NCBI GenBank assembly: GCA_036281075.1
Contig: DASUPO010000113.1
Location: forward strand, 7,767-71,766
DNA: 64,000 nucleotides
From: Actinomycetota bacterium
Lineage (GTDB): Bacteria > Actinomycetota > UBA4738 > HRBIN12
Reading direction: 5' to 3'
A program made the position numbers and the translations under genes. Position 1 is the stretch's first letter, and each line of letters opens with the position of its first letter. Under the pieces are notes generated by a model that worked only from the letters and a program-made list of their open reading frames with translations, searched no databases and had not been told where the DNA came from. Below, piece after piece: positions 24,093 to 34,359 of this stretch.

Positions 24093-25386
24093 GCGGCGCA
24101 GCGTAACGTGAGGTGGCATCGGGCGCGCGAGCCCGGCGCAGCTCCGGGTAGACGGACGCCACGAGGAGGGCACCGACGATGCACGCGATCCCGCCCGAGA
24201 TCACGCTGAAGACCGGCGACGTGACGCCGGCGACCAGGCCCGCCTCGAGGTCGCCGAGCCGCGGCCCGCCGGTGACGACGAGGATGTGGATCCCGAACAG
24301 GCGCCCCCGCAGGTGCTCGGGGGCGGAGACCTGCAGGATCGTCGTGCGGAAGATCGCGCTGATCACGTCCGCCCAGCCGGCCGCCGCGAGCGCGACCAGC
24401 GCGACCCAGAGCTGGTCCGAGAGGCCGAACGCGATGATCGCGAGGCCCCAGGCGATCACCGACACGATCACCGCGCGACCTTGCCGCAGGACCAGCCCGG
24501 TCCAGCCGCTCGTCAGGGCGCCCAGCAGCGCGCCGACCGCGAGCGCCGCGAACAGGAACCCGATCGCCTCCTGCTGCTGGTCGAAGCGCTGGACGATCAG
24601 GAACGGGAAGAGCACACGCGGCAGGCCGAAGACCATCGCGATCAGGTCGATCACGAAGGTCGACATGATAAGCCGGTGCCGTCGCGCGAAAGAGAACCCC
24701 TCCCGGATCGCGCGCCACCCGGTATCGGTGTGGTCCCCCCGCGCCGGCGGCATCGGTCGCACGAACCAAGCCGCCGCGAACATGCACCCGATCGAGACGA
24801 GGTCGACCGTGTACGCGACCCGGACGCCACCCCCCGCGATCACGAGCCCGGCGAGGAGCGGCCCGACCAGCGCCGCCGAGTTCCACACGACCTGGTTCAG
24901 CGCCTGGGCCGCGGGCAGCAGCGGCGGGTCGACGACCCGCGCGGTGATCGCCGACCGGGTCGGGCCGTCGATCGCGCTGCTCGCGGCCAGCACCGCGAGC
25001 CCGACGTAGATCAGCCAGAGCGGCGGCGAGCCCGAGATCGCGCCGGTGAGCAGGATCCCGGAGCCGACAGCGAGGCCGACCTGTGCCGCCATCAGCAACC
25101 GCCGTCGGTCAACGGCGTCGAGGATCGCGCCGCCGCCGAGCGCCCCGGCGAGGAGGCCCACGACGTACGCGAGCCCGGTGGCGCCGACCGCCGCCTCGGA
25201 TCCGGTCAGGTCGGTGACCTGGACGAACACCGCGACGAGCGTGAACTGGCTCCCCGTGGCGGTGACGAGCAGTCCGAGCCAGATCAGGCGGAAGTCCCGT
25301 GAGGCGCGGAGGGGCGAGACGTCGATCGCGAGCCGGCGGAGGCGGCCCCTCGTCCTTCGCGCGGGCTCGTCCGTCGTTCCGGTCAC
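24070..25386 (-). CDS. MFS transporter (EntS/MFS_3-like)
   Basis: 438 aa, about 12 TM. N-terminus RDFRLIWLGLLVTATGSQF. The 3' end overlaps the PCD start by 23 nt. Confidence 0.85.
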   Translation of the reverse strand: MTGTTDEPARRTRGRLRRLAIDVSPLRASRDFRLIWLGLLVTATGSQFTLVAVFVQVTDLTGSEAAVGATGLAYVVGLLAGALGGGAILDAVDRRRLLMAAQVGLAVGSGILLTGAISGSPPLWLIYVGLAVLAASSAIDGPTRSAITARVVDPPLLPAAQALNQVVWNSAALVGPLLAGLVIAGGGVRVAYTVDLVSIGCMFAAAWFVRPMPPARGDHTDTGWRAIREGFSFARRHRLIMSTFVIDLIAMVFGLPRVLFPFLIVQRFDQQQEAIGFLFAALAVGALLGALTSGWTGLVLRQGRAVIVSVIAWGLAIIAFGLSDQLWVALVALAAAGWADVISAIFRTTILQVSAPEHLRGRLFGIHILVVTGGPRLGDLEAGLVAGVTSPVFSVISGGIACIVGALLVASVYPELRRARAPDATSRYAAPHDETDRR

Positions 25387-25481
25387 GGTCCGACGCTAGC
25401 AATCCGTGCCGGCCGGTCGGACTTCCTAGCCAATACGAGGGACGAGGTCTATCCTGCGCGCTGGAGGTGGTGGGGGTGCCG

Positions 25482-25760
25482 ATGTACCTGATCGACCGGA
25501 ACTTCTCGAAGATCACGGAAGAGCAACTCGGCGAGTTCGCGAAGAACTCGAAGCGGCTCGCGATGGACACGTACACCGACGTCGTGTGGCATCACAGCCA
25601 CGTCGTGATCGACCCCGCCGGAGTGGTCCACACGTTCTGCGTGTACTCGGCCCCGGACGAGTCGAGGATCCGCGAGCATGCCAAGGCGTTCGGCGGCCAC
25701 CAGATCGACAGCATCGCGGTGATCGCGGGCGAGGTCGATCCGGCCGAGATCGTCGTCTAG
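25482..25760 (+). CDS. DUF4242-like small protein
   Basis: 92 aa from an ATG preceded by GGAGGTGGTGGGGG. The pattern MYLIDRNF...VVWHHSHV...FCVYSAPDESRIREHA resembles the SCO4226-type family. Confidence 0.7.
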   Translation: MYLIDRNFSKITEEQLGEFAKNSKRLAMDTYTDVVWHHSHVVIDPAGVVHTFCVYSAPDESRIREHAKAFGGHQIDSIAVIAGEVDPAEIVV

Positions 25761-27847
25761 GGCTGCTCCGCGTCTCGCTCCCAGCGGACCGGGCCTGCGT
25801 CGAACACCGCGTGGGACAGGCGCGTGAACGAGATCAGCCGCTTCACCGTGAGATCCTGCCGGCCGGGATCGTCCCCGGCCATCAGCTCCAGGGCCGATCC
25901 GTACAGCTCCACCGCGTGGTGGAACGCGAGCTGCTCGTCCGCGAGCTCCGCCGCCTCGACCAGATAGGGGAGTGAGCGCTCGGGCTCGCCCGCCTCTCGC
26001 CAGTGGTGGGCGAGGACCCAGGCGAGGTTCCGGCTCTGTCCCGCGACCGCATCCTCGATGCATCGCGCGACGTCCGCGTGGCGTCGCCGGCGCTCCGCCC
26101 TCGCCAGCGTCGAGTAGGCGACCTCGCGGATCAGGATGTGCTTGAAGGCGAACTCCGCATCGCCCTGCACCTGGCTCATGGGCTCGCGCCGGACCAGGTC
26201 CCTGGCCTCCAATGCCAAGAGGGCCTCGTCAACGCCGTCGAGGTCGTCGAACGACCGGAGGACGCCCCGCCAGAAGTGCTTGCCGACCACCGACGCCGCG
26301 AGCAGCGCGGCGCGAGGTTCGGCGGGGAGCGCGTCGATCCGCGAAGCGATCGCCGCCCGGACCGTGGTCGGGAGCTCGTCCGAGGGGCCGCGGTCGAGGA
26401 GCGAGGCCGCGAGCTCCTCGATGAACAGCGGGTTCCCCTCCGCGACCTCGACCAGCCGCTCGACGGAGGACAGGTCGCCGCCGCCGGAGAGCAGGTACGA
26501 CGCGATCGAGGCCGCGTCGACCGGTGAGAGCGGCTCCAGCGGGATCGCGGTGTGATTGAGGATCCCGCTGCCCCATCCCGGCCGCACCTCGAGGAGCTCC
26601 GAGCGCGCGAGCGCGAGGAAGAGCGCCGGGACGTCGCGGACGTGCATCGCGAGGTGCTCCAGGAGGTCGAGCTGCGCGGCGTCGGCCCAGTGGATGTCCT
26701 CGAATACGAAGACGGTGGGTTGCTCGCTCGCGAGGAGCTCGACGATCCGGCGGGCCGCGAAGAACAGCTGCAACGGCTCCTCCGCCGGAACGTCGCTCGC
26801 GCCGACTCCGAGCAGCGCGCCGACGAGCCTCGTCGTCTCCTCCGCTTCGGGGGACGGGTCGAGGGCGGCGATCCGCTCTCGCAGCTTCCGCGGGGCGTCC
26901 TCCGGGCCGTCCGACTCGAAGATCCCGGCCGCCGCCCGGATCTGTTCCGTGAACGGGCGGTAGGGGGTCTGCCCGTAGGGGAGACAGCGGCCGGTGAAGG
27001 TTCGCGCGCCCGCCATCTCCGCGCGCGCGCGGATCTCGTCGGCCATCCGCGACTTCCCGATCCCCGTCGGTCCGACCAGCGTGACCAGGTGCGGGCGCCG
27101 CTCGGCGGCGGTGCGGTCCCAGACCGAGTCCAGCAACGCGAGCTCCCGCGTCCGTCCCACGAGGGGCGCCGTCGTCGCGGGCCGCTCCGCCGGCGCGCCG
27201 ACGGGTGCGAGCGCCAGCCACGCCCCCACCGGATCCTTCTTTCCCTTGGCCTGGATCGGATCCAGCTCCTGGTAGCGGATCATCGTCCGCGTCGCGCGGT
27301 ACGTCTCGTCGCCGACGATCAACCGGCCCACCGGCGCCGAGTTCTGCAGGCGCGAGGCGGTGTTCACCACGTCACCGAGCGCGAGCGGGTCGCCCGACTC
27401 GGGACGCATGCCGACCGACACCACGGCGTCCCCGGTGTTCACGGCGGCGCGCAGCTGCAGCGAGACGTCGGGCCGCTCGCGGTCCAGCTCTCCGATCGCG
27501 TCGATCACGCGCAGGCCCGCCCGCACCGCCCGCTCGGCATCGTCGCCGTGCGCGACCGGGGCGCCGAACACGGCCATCACGGCGTCGCCGATGAACTTCT
27601 CCACCGTCCCGCCGAACCGTTCGATCTCCTGCTTCGCGCGCGAGTGGAACGCCTGGAGCGTGTCGCGAACGTCCTCCGGGTCTGCCTGGTCGGCCGCCGC
27701 CGTCGACCCGACGAGGTCGACGAACAGCACCGAGATCAGCTTCCGCTCCTCGTGGCCCGGCTCGGGTGCCCCGAGCGGAGCGCCGCAGGACGGGCAGAAC
27801 GCGGCGTCCGCGGGCGGCTCGCGCCCACAGTTGGGGCAGGCCGTCAT
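25757..27847 (-). CDS. Zn-ribbon / class III adenylate-guanylate cyclase / AAA(STAND) ATPase / TPR-like multidomain protein
   Basis: N-terminus CPNCG...CPSCG. Cyclase: VLFVDLVGST, KFIGDAVMAVFG. P-loop: LVGPTGIGKSR. Long helical C-terminus. Confidence 0.85.
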   Translation of the reverse strand: MTACPNCGREPPADAAFCPSCGAPLGAPEPGHEERKLISVLFVDLVGSTAAADQADPEDVRDTLQAFHSRAKQEIERFGGTVEKFIGDAVMAVFGAPVAHGDDAERAVRAGLRVIDAIGELDRERPDVSLQLRAAVNTGDAVVSVGMRPESGDPLALGDVVNTASRLQNSAPVGRLIVGDETYRATRTMIRYQELDPIQAKGKKDPVGAWLALAPVGAPAERPATTAPLVGRTRELALLDSVWDRTAAERRPHLVTLVGPTGIGKSRMADEIRARAEMAGARTFTGRCLPYGQTPYRPFTEQIRAAAGIFESDGPEDAPRKLRERIAALDPSPEAEETTRLVGALLGVGASDVPAEEPLQLFFAARRIVELLASEQPTVFVFEDIHWADAAQLDLLEHLAMHVRDVPALFLALARSELLEVRPGWGSGILNHTAIPLEPLSPVDAASIASYLLSGGGDLSSVERLVEVAEGNPLFIEELAASLLDRGPSDELPTTVRAAIASRIDALPAEPRAALLAASVVGKHFWRGVLRSFDDLDGVDEALLALEARDLVRREPMSQVQGDAEFAFKHILIREVAYSTLARAERRRRHADVARCIEDAVAGQSRNLAWVLAHHWREAGEPERSLPYLVEAAELADEQLAFHHAVELYGSALELMAGDDPGRQDLTVKRLISFTRLSHAVFDAGPVRWERDAEQP

Positions 27848-27932
27848 CGTCTCTAGCCCCGGTGGAGCCGGTAGAAGCGCCAGAAGCCGATCTCGATCGG
27901 GAGGACGCGCTCCGCGAACACCTCCGCGTCGC

Positions 27933-29279
27933 TCACGCGACCGACTCCGCGACGGCCTCTTCCAGCAGGTCGAGCCCCTCGACGAGCAGCGCGTCCTCGA
28001 TCGTCACCGGTGGCAACAGTCGGAGCACGTTCCCGTACGTCCCGGCGGTGAGCACGATCACGCCCCGCTCCAGGGCGCCCCGCGAGATCGCGTTCATCGT
28101 CTCCGCGCTCGCCGGCTCCTTCGTCTCAGGGTCGGCGACGAGCTCGATAGCGCGCATGGCGCCGCGACCGCGCGCGTCGCCCACGGCCTCGAACCGCTCG
28201 CGCATCGCCTCCAGCCGTCCACCGATCGCCTCGCCCACCGTGCGTGAACGCTCGAGCAAACCCTCGGCCTCGATTTTGTCGAGGACCGCCAACGCCGCCG
28301 CCGCGGCCACCGGGTTCCCGCCGTACGTCCCGCCGAGGCCCCCGACGTGGACGCTGTCCATGATCTCGGTCCGTCCGGTCACCGCGGAGATCGGGAGCCC
28401 CCCGCCCAACGACTTCGCGGTCAACACGATGTCCGGCACGACGCCCTCGTCCTCGATCGCGTACCAGCGGCCGGCGCGCCCCATGCCCGACTGGATCTCG
28501 TCGGCGACGAACACGATGCCGTGCTCCGCCGCGAACCGTGCTAACCCCTCGATGAACCCGGGCGCCGGGACGATGAACCCGCCCTCGCCCTGGATCGGCT
28601 CGATCACGATCGCCGCGATGTGTTCCTCGCCGACGTGCTTGTGCATCTCGTCGATCGCATATGCGAGGCACGACTCGGCGCACGTCTCCGGCGTCCCGCC
28701 CGTCGGGCACCGGTACGGGTAGGCGAGCGGCAGCCGGTAGACCTCCGGCGCGAACGGCCCCATCCCGTCCTTGTAGGGCATCACCTTCGCGGTGAGCGAC
28801 ATCGCCAGCAGCGTCCGGCCGTGGAACGCGTGGTCGAACACCACGACCGCGTCCCGTCCCGTGTGCTTCCGCGCGATCTTCACCGCGTTCTCGACCGCCT
28901 CGGCGCCCGAGTTCGCGAACATCGTCTTCTTCTCGTGGTCGCCGGGCGTGAGCGCGTTCAATCGCTCCGCGAGCTCGATGTACGGCTCGTTCGCGGTCAC
29001 GTGGAAGCACGTGTGGGTGTCGAGCTCGAGCTGGCGCTGCGCGGCCGCCACGACCTCCGGCGCGCTGTGCCCCACGTTCAGGACCGCGATCCCGGTCGCG
29101 AAGTCGATCAGCCGGTTGCCGTCGACGTCCTCGACGATCGCGCCGGCCGCGCGGGCGGTCACGACCGGGTGGAGGTTCGCGACGCCGCGGGGGACCGCGG
29201 CCTCCCGCCGCTCGAACCATTCGCGGGACCGCGGCCCGGGGATCTCGGTGACGAGCTTCCGTTCCTGCGGGATGTCCAT
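27933..29279 (-). CDS. gabT: 4-aminobutyrate aminotransferase (class III PLP aminotransferase)
   Basis: Motifs GIAVLNVGH, SGAEAVENAVKIAR, DEIQSGMGRAG, LTAKSLGGG. The start is taken at the ATG (MDIPQERK) preceded by GGACGGAGG; the track ORF extends to 29303. Confidence 0.9.
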   Translation of the reverse strand: MDIPQERKLVTEIPGPRSREWFERREAAVPRGVANLHPVVTARAAGAIVEDVDGNRLIDFATGIAVLNVGHSAPEVVAAAQRQLELDTHTCFHVTANEPYIELAERLNALTPGDHEKKTMFANSGAEAVENAVKIARKHTGRDAVVVFDHAFHGRTLLAMSLTAKVMPYKDGMGPFAPEVYRLPLAYPYRCPTGGTPETCAESCLAYAIDEMHKHVGEEHIAAIVIEPIQGEGGFIVPAPGFIEGLARFAAEHGIVFVADEIQSGMGRAGRWYAIEDEGVVPDIVLTAKSLGGGLPISAVTGRTEIMDSVHVGGLGGTYGGNPVAAAAALAVLDKIEAEGLLERSRTVGEAIGGRLEAMRERFEAVGDARGRGAMRAIELVADPETKEPASAETMNAISRGALERGVIVLTAGTYGNVLRLLPPVTIEDALLVEGLDLLEEAVAESVA

Positions 29280-29391
29280 GGCAGGCCTCCGTCCGGCGGC
29301 CATCGTCCTTCCCGACCGCGTGCCCGGAGTCTAAGGTGGCTTCGCTGGGCATACCTGGGGGTTCCCTCGCTCGGCCGAGCCCGGAGGCTGG

Positions 29392-29767
29392 ATGAAACGG
29401 GACGCCGTGATTCTCGTCGTGGTCATCGTCGTCGGCATCGTCGGGTATCTGGGTGGGGCGAGCGGAGCGAGGATCGGTCGTCGTTCCCGACGTTCGCGAG
29501 ATGACGATCCGCGACGGCGCATTCGCGCTCCAACAACTCGGGCTCTGGGTCGCCGTCGAACAGGGAAGTGGCCCGGCGCGCCGGCTGATCGTCGCCGAGC
29601 AACGGCCGCAACCGGGTGTTCTCGTCCTCGAACGATCGCTGGTGACGCTCGTGAATGTGAGTCCTGAGGCCCTCACTCGTGTCCTCGCGGGCATCGCGGC
29701 GCGGAACCGAGGACTCGGCTGTAGTGAGGGAACCGGCGTGGGAGGCGTCCCGGGCGGAGCTGCGTAA
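29392..29767 (+). pseudogene. Possible frameshifted small TM-anchored PASTA-domain protein
   Basis: The frame of ORF 29392 gives the TM helix MKRDAVILVVVIVVGIVGYLGG and then Arg-rich nonsense. The +1 frame (ORF 29453) gives a good PASTA pattern: VPDVREMTIRDGAFALQQLGLWVAVEQ...IVAEQRPQPGVLVLERSLVTLVNV. Confidence 0.35.
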
Positions 29768-29832
29768 CACGCACCTACTTTGGAGCAAGGAGGTGGAAGC
29801 AGCGCACGGCGGCGTCCGCCAGACTCGACACG

Positions 29833-30282
29833 ATGTCGGATCCCGCGCCCGAGTCATCTGCGAACGCCGGGCCTGATGTCCTCGACTTCTGGCTCGGGGA
29901 CTGGACGTGCACGTGGGAGGGCGGTCACGGCACGAACCGGATCACGAAGGAGTTCGACGATCACGTCGTGGTCGAGCGCTTCGAGTGCCTCGAGAAGGAG
30001 CGATGGACGGGGTTCAGTGTCAGCGTCCACGACGAGGGCCACGGCTGGCGCCAGACCTGGGTGGACTCCACCGGGAACTACTGGGCGCTCCACGGCGACG
30101 CCCATCCTGAGGGATTCGCGTTCTCGGTAGGCGAGCTCGAGGACGATCGAGAGGTCCTGAAGCGGATGGTGTTCTCCGACATCCAGGCCGATCGGTTCGC
30201 CTGGCGATGGGAGCGCTCGTTCGACGCCGGGGACATGTGGGAGCTGCTCTGGGCGATCGACTACCGCCGCGAAGGGTCGTGA
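29833..30282 (+). CDS. Hypothetical protein (DUF1579-like, Trp-rich beta protein)
   Basis: 149 aa. DFWLGDWTCTWEGG ... WRQTWVDSTGNYW. Clean codon bias. Confidence 0.55.
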   Translation: MSDPAPESSANAGPDVLDFWLGDWTCTWEGGHGTNRITKEFDDHVVVERFECLEKERWTGFSVSVHDEGHGWRQTWVDSTGNYWALHGDAHPEGFAFSVGELEDDREVLKRMVFSDIQADRFAWRWERSFDAGDMWELLWAIDYRREGS

Positions 30283-30384
30283 TCCGTCGAGCGAGCAAGG
30301 AAGTGCCAGCATCGGCAAGGAACCGGAACGTCTCGGCAACAACGCGCTAGCCCACCGCCCCGGCCCGCTCCTACCGTCCTTCCC

Positions 30385-31353
30385 GTGCTCCGGTACATCG
30401 CGCGCCGGCTGCTCTACTCCGTCGTCGCCCTGGTCATCGTCTCGATCCTGACGTTCCTGATCTTCGTGAAGCTGCCCGCCGGGGATCCGGCCCGGCGCGC
30501 CGTCGGCCGCCGGACCGATCCCCAGCAGATCGAGAACGCGAGGAAGGCCTTCGGGCTGGATCGGTCGCTCCTCTTCCAGTACAGCCGGTTCGCGAAGGGG
30601 TTGATCCCGCTCCCCAGCACGTTCCTTTCCGAGGACGTGTACTACTCGTTCTCGAACTTCCAGCCGGTCCGAGACGAGATCTGGCGCCGCCTCCCGGTCT
30701 CCGCGATCCTCGCGGTCGGGGCCGCGATCATCTGGCTCTGCGTCGGGATCCCGCTGGGGATCGTCTCGGGGGTCCGTCCACGGTCCACGTTCGCCAAGTG
30801 GACGATGGTGCTCGCGATCGTGGGCGTGTCCCTCCCGGTCTTCTGGCTCGGGCAACTGCTGCTCTACTTCTTCTGGTACAAGCTCGAGCTCGCGCCCCCG
30901 AGCGGGATGGAGATCGACGCGAGCGTCTGGGGCAGCGCCCTGACCGGCAAGTTCATCCTGCCGTGGATCACGGTCGCGGTCGGCTACGCCGCGATCTACG
31001 CGCGGATGCTCCGCAGCAACATGCTCGAGACGACGCAGGAGGACTACATCCGGACCGCGCGCGCGAAGGGCCTCTCCGAGCGCCGCGTGATCTACAAGCA
31101 CGCGCTCCGGGGAGCGCTCACGCCGATCGTGACGATGCTCGGGATCGACCTGGCCACGATCATGGCCGGGCTCGTGATCACGGAGAACCTCTTCGGGCTC
31201 CCCGGTCTCGGTCAGCTCGCCGTGCAGTCGATCACCACGAACGACTTCCCCATGGTGATGGGCGTCACGCTGGCGGGGTCGCTGTTCATCCTGATGGCGA
31301 ACATCGTCGTCGACGTCGCGTACGCGTTCCTCGACCCCCGCGTCCGGTACTGA
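30385..31353 (+). CDS. ABC transporter permease, DppB/OppB (peptide/nickel) family, without partner genes
   Basis: [27 protein letters not shown] ... [22 protein letters not shown] (EAA-loop region). Confidence 0.85.
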   Translation: MLRYIARRLLYSVVALVIVSILTFLIFVKLPAGDPARRAVGRRTDPQQIENARKAFGLDRSLLFQYSRFAKGLIPLPSTFLSEDVYYSFSNFQPVRDEIWRRLPVSAILAVGAAIIWLCVGIPLGIVSGVRPRSTFAKWTMVLAIVGVSLPVFWLGQLLLYFFWYKLELAPPSGMEIDASVWGSALTGKFILPWITVAVGYAAIYARMLRSNMLETTQEDYIRTARAKGLSERRVIYKHALRGALTPIVTMLGIDLATIMAGLVITENLFGLPGLGQLAVQSITTNDFPMVMGVTLAGSLFILMANIVVDVAYAFLDPRVRY

Positions 31354-31450
31354 CACCGGCTGTCCCGGAGCGATTCCCGAGACCCGGATCGCGGGTGACC
31401 GGGAACGCGTGTTTGGCGCATACTGGCGGGCCGAGACCGAAGGAGGGGAC

Positions 31451-32887
31451 ATGGCGGACGCGTACCAGATGTTCATCAACGGCGAGTGGGTGAACTCGTC
31501 CGACGGCCAGACCCGCGACGTGATCGATCCGGCCACCGGCGAGGTGATCGCGTCGGTCCAGGAGGGCACGAAGGAGGACGCGGACCGGGCCGTGGCCGCC
31601 GCGAAGGCCGCCTTCGAGGGTGATTGGTACGACTCCACGCCCAAGGACCGGCAGCTCGCGCTCCTCAAGATGGCCGACCGGATCGAGGAGCACGCCGACG
31701 ACATCGTGAAGCTCGAGGCGCAGAACGTCGGCAAGCCGTTCGCGGTCACGATGTCGGAGGAGATCCCACCGATCGTCGACAACCTCCGGTTCTTCGGCGG
31801 CGCCGCGCGGACGATGGAGGGCCGGGCGGCCGGCGAGTACATGGCCGGCTACACGAGCTACGTCCGTCGCGAGCCGCTCGGCGTCGCCGGGCTGATCGCG
31901 CCGTGGAATTACCCCCTGATGATGGCGATCTGGAAGATCGGCCCCGCCCTGGCGACCGGCAACGCGGTCGTCCTGAAGCCCTCGGAGCTGACGCCGCTGA
32001 CCGCGTTGAAGCTGGCGGAGCTCGCGGCCGACCTCTTCCCACCCGGCGTGTTCAACGTCGTGACGGGCGACGGCGTGCCGGTCGGCGACGCGATCGTCCG
32101 GAACGAGGACGTCGGGATCGTCTCGCTCACCGGCGACACCGCCACCGGCAAGGCGATCGCCGCCGCCTCCGCCGACTCGCTGAAGCGGGTCCACCTGGAG
32201 CTCGGAGGGAAGGCGCCCTTCATCGTCTTCGACGACGCGGACATGGAACAGGTCGTCGAGTGGATCAAGGTCGGCGGCTATTTCAACTCGGGCCAGGACT
32301 GCACGGCGTCGGCGCGGATCCTGATCGGGTCCGGCGCGTACGACGACGTGCTCGCGGAGCTGGTGCCCGCGGTCGAGTCGATCAAGGTGGGCCACCCGTT
32401 CGCGGAGGACACCGAGATGGGCTCGATGGTGTCGAAGGAGCAGCTGGAGCGGGTGACCGGGTTCGTCCAGCGAGCCGAGGAGGCGGGGAGCAAAGTGCTC
32501 ACGGGCGGCAAGCCGATCGAGGGCGAGGGCTTCTGGTACTCGCCGACGATCGTCGCCGACGTCGATCAGCAGGCCGAGATCATCCAGAAGGAGGTCTTCG
32601 GGCCGGTGGTCACCGTGCAGCGGTTCGACGACGAGGACCAGGCCCTCGAGTGGGCGAACGGTGTGCCCTACGGCCTGTCGAGCTCCGTCTGGACGCGCGA
32701 CGTGGGTCGGGCGCACCGGATGGCGCGGAGGCTCCAGTTCGGGTGTGTCTGGGTGAACACCCACATCCCGCTCACGCCGGAGATGCCGCACGGCGGCTAC
32801 AAGCAGTCCGGCGACGGCAAGGACATGTCGGTGTACTCGTTGGAGGACTACACGAACATCAAGCACGTGATGGTGTCGCTCGACTAG
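31451..32887 (+). CDS. NAD(P)-dependent aldehyde dehydrogenase (aminobutyraldehyde/betaine-aldehyde DH-like)
   Basis: ATG after GAAGGAGGGG. Motifs [19 protein letters not shown] (catalytic Cys), KEVFGPV. Confidence 0.9.
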   Translation: MADAYQMFINGEWVNSSDGQTRDVIDPATGEVIASVQEGTKEDADRAVAAAKAAFEGDWYDSTPKDRQLALLKMADRIEEHADDIVKLEAQNVGKPFAVTMSEEIPPIVDNLRFFGGAARTMEGRAAGEYMAGYTSYVRREPLGVAGLIAPWNYPLMMAIWKIGPALATGNAVVLKPSELTPLTALKLAELAADLFPPGVFNVVTGDGVPVGDAIVRNEDVGIVSLTGDTATGKAIAAASADSLKRVHLELGGKAPFIVFDDADMEQVVEWIKVGGYFNSGQDCTASARILIGSGAYDDVLAELVPAVESIKVGHPFAEDTEMGSMVSKEQLERVTGFVQRAEEAGSKVLTGGKPIEGEGFWYSPTIVADVDQQAEIIQKEVFGPVVTVQRFDDEDQALEWANGVPYGLSSSVWTRDVGRAHRMARRLQFGCVWVNTHIPLTPEMPHGGYKQSGDGKDMSVYSLEDYTNIKHVMVSLD

Positions 32888-32919
32888 GAGCGGCGCCGCG
32901 CGGGTAAGGCGGTGAGGAG

Positions 32920-34347
32920 ATGGCGGTGCGTCCCTACTTGGTGAACGGCGAGTGGCGGACGGGCGACGGCTCGTTCGAGGTCCACAGCCCGTTCGACGAC
33001 GGCGTGGTGGCCGAGATCGGCGTGCCGACCGAGGCCGACGTCGAGGAGGCCGCGGCGACGGCGTACGAGACGTTCCAGGAGTCCTCGCGACTGCCCGTCC
33101 ACGCGCGGGCCGACGCCCTCGACCACATCTCGAAGCGTCTCGGCGAGACGATCGACGAGAACGCCGAGCTGATCGCCCGCGAGGGCGGCAAGCCGCTGAA
33201 GTGGGCCACGATCGAGGCGACCCGGGCCGTTTCGACGTTCCGCTGGGCCTCGGAGACGATCCGCCACGGCGACGACGAGGTGATGCGCCTGGACACCGAG
33301 GCCTCGCTCGGGTCCCGCATGGGGATCGTCCGCCGGTTCCCGATCGGCCCTGTCCTGGGGATCACGCCGTTCAACTTCCCGTTGAACCTCGTGGCGCACA
33401 AGGTCGCGCCCGCGCTCGGCGTGGGTGCGCCGATCGTCGTGAAGCCCGCGAGCGCCACCCCGATCGGCTCGCTCCGCCTGGCCGAGTTCTTCGCCGAGAC
33501 CGACCTGCCGAAAGGCATTTACCAGGTGCTCCCGGTCTCCTCGAAGGTCGCGGACGGCATGGCGCGCGACGAGCGCTACCGGAAGATCTCCTTCACCGGC
33601 TCCGCCGAGATCGGCTGGTACCTGAAGGGCCTCGACCCCAAGAAGCGCGTGACGCTCGAGCTCGGCGGCAACGCCGGCGTGATCGTCCACGCGGACGCGG
33701 ACCTCGACTTCGCGGCGCAGCGGATCGCGTACGGCGGCTACTACCAGGCCGGTCAGAGCTGCATCAGCGTCCAGCGGGTACTGGTCTCCTCCGAGGTCTA
33801 CGACGACTTCACGGCGCGGCTCGTGAAGCAGATCGAGAGCCTGAAGGTCGGCGATCCGCTCGACCCGACGGTCGACGTCGGCCCCGTGATCCAGCGCAAG
33901 GAGGTCGACCGGCTCACGGAGTGGGTGAACGAGGCTGTCTCGCAGGGCGCCGAGGTCCTCACCGGCGGCAAGGGTGACGGCCCGTTCTTCGAGCCGACGC
34001 TCCTGGCCGACGTGCAGCCCGAGATGCGCGTCTGCCGCGAGGAGATCTTCGGCCCGGTCGTGACGATCAGCAAGTACGAGACGTTCGAGGAGGCGCTCGG
34101 CGTCGTGAACGACTCGAAGTACGGGCTGCAGGCCGGTATATTCACGAACGACATCGGCCGGGCGTTCGAGGCGCACCGCTCGATCGAGGTCGGCGGGTTG
34201 ATCGTGAACGACGTGTCCGCGTTCCGCGCGGACCAGATGCCGTACGGCGGGTCCAAGGACTCCGGCTTCGGCCGGGAGGGCCTGCGCTACGCGATGGAGG
34301 AGATGACCGAGCCGCGGATCATGGTGCTCTCGCACGTTCCGCTGTAG
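32920..34347 (+). CDS. Aldehyde dehydrogenase family protein (succinate-semialdehyde / GAPN-like)
   Basis: Motifs VTLELGGNAG, YQAGQSCIS (catalytic Cys), EEIFGPV. Confidence 0.9.
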   Translation: MAVRPYLVNGEWRTGDGSFEVHSPFDDGVVAEIGVPTEADVEEAAATAYETFQESSRLPVHARADALDHISKRLGETIDENAELIAREGGKPLKWATIEATRAVSTFRWASETIRHGDDEVMRLDTEASLGSRMGIVRRFPIGPVLGITPFNFPLNLVAHKVAPALGVGAPIVVKPASATPIGSLRLAEFFAETDLPKGIYQVLPVSSKVADGMARDERYRKISFTGSAEIGWYLKGLDPKKRVTLELGGNAGVIVHADADLDFAAQRIAYGGYYQAGQSCISVQRVLVSSEVYDDFTARLVKQIESLKVGDPLDPTVDVGPVIQRKEVDRLTEWVNEAVSQGAEVLTGGKGDGPFFEPTLLADVQPEMRVCREEIFGPVVTISKYETFEEALGVVNDSKYGLQAGIFTNDIGRAFEAHRSIEVGGLIVNDVSAFRADQMPYGGSKDSGFGREGLRYAMEEMTEPRIMVLSHVPL

Positions 34348-34359
34348 ATCGGGAGGGCC

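Noticed and set aside
29423-29857. A 144-aa ORF on the - strand across the gabT upstream region.
   Set aside because: It has no motifs and is charged and low-complexity. The + strand frames carry a TM helix and a PASTA-like domain, which explain the region better.
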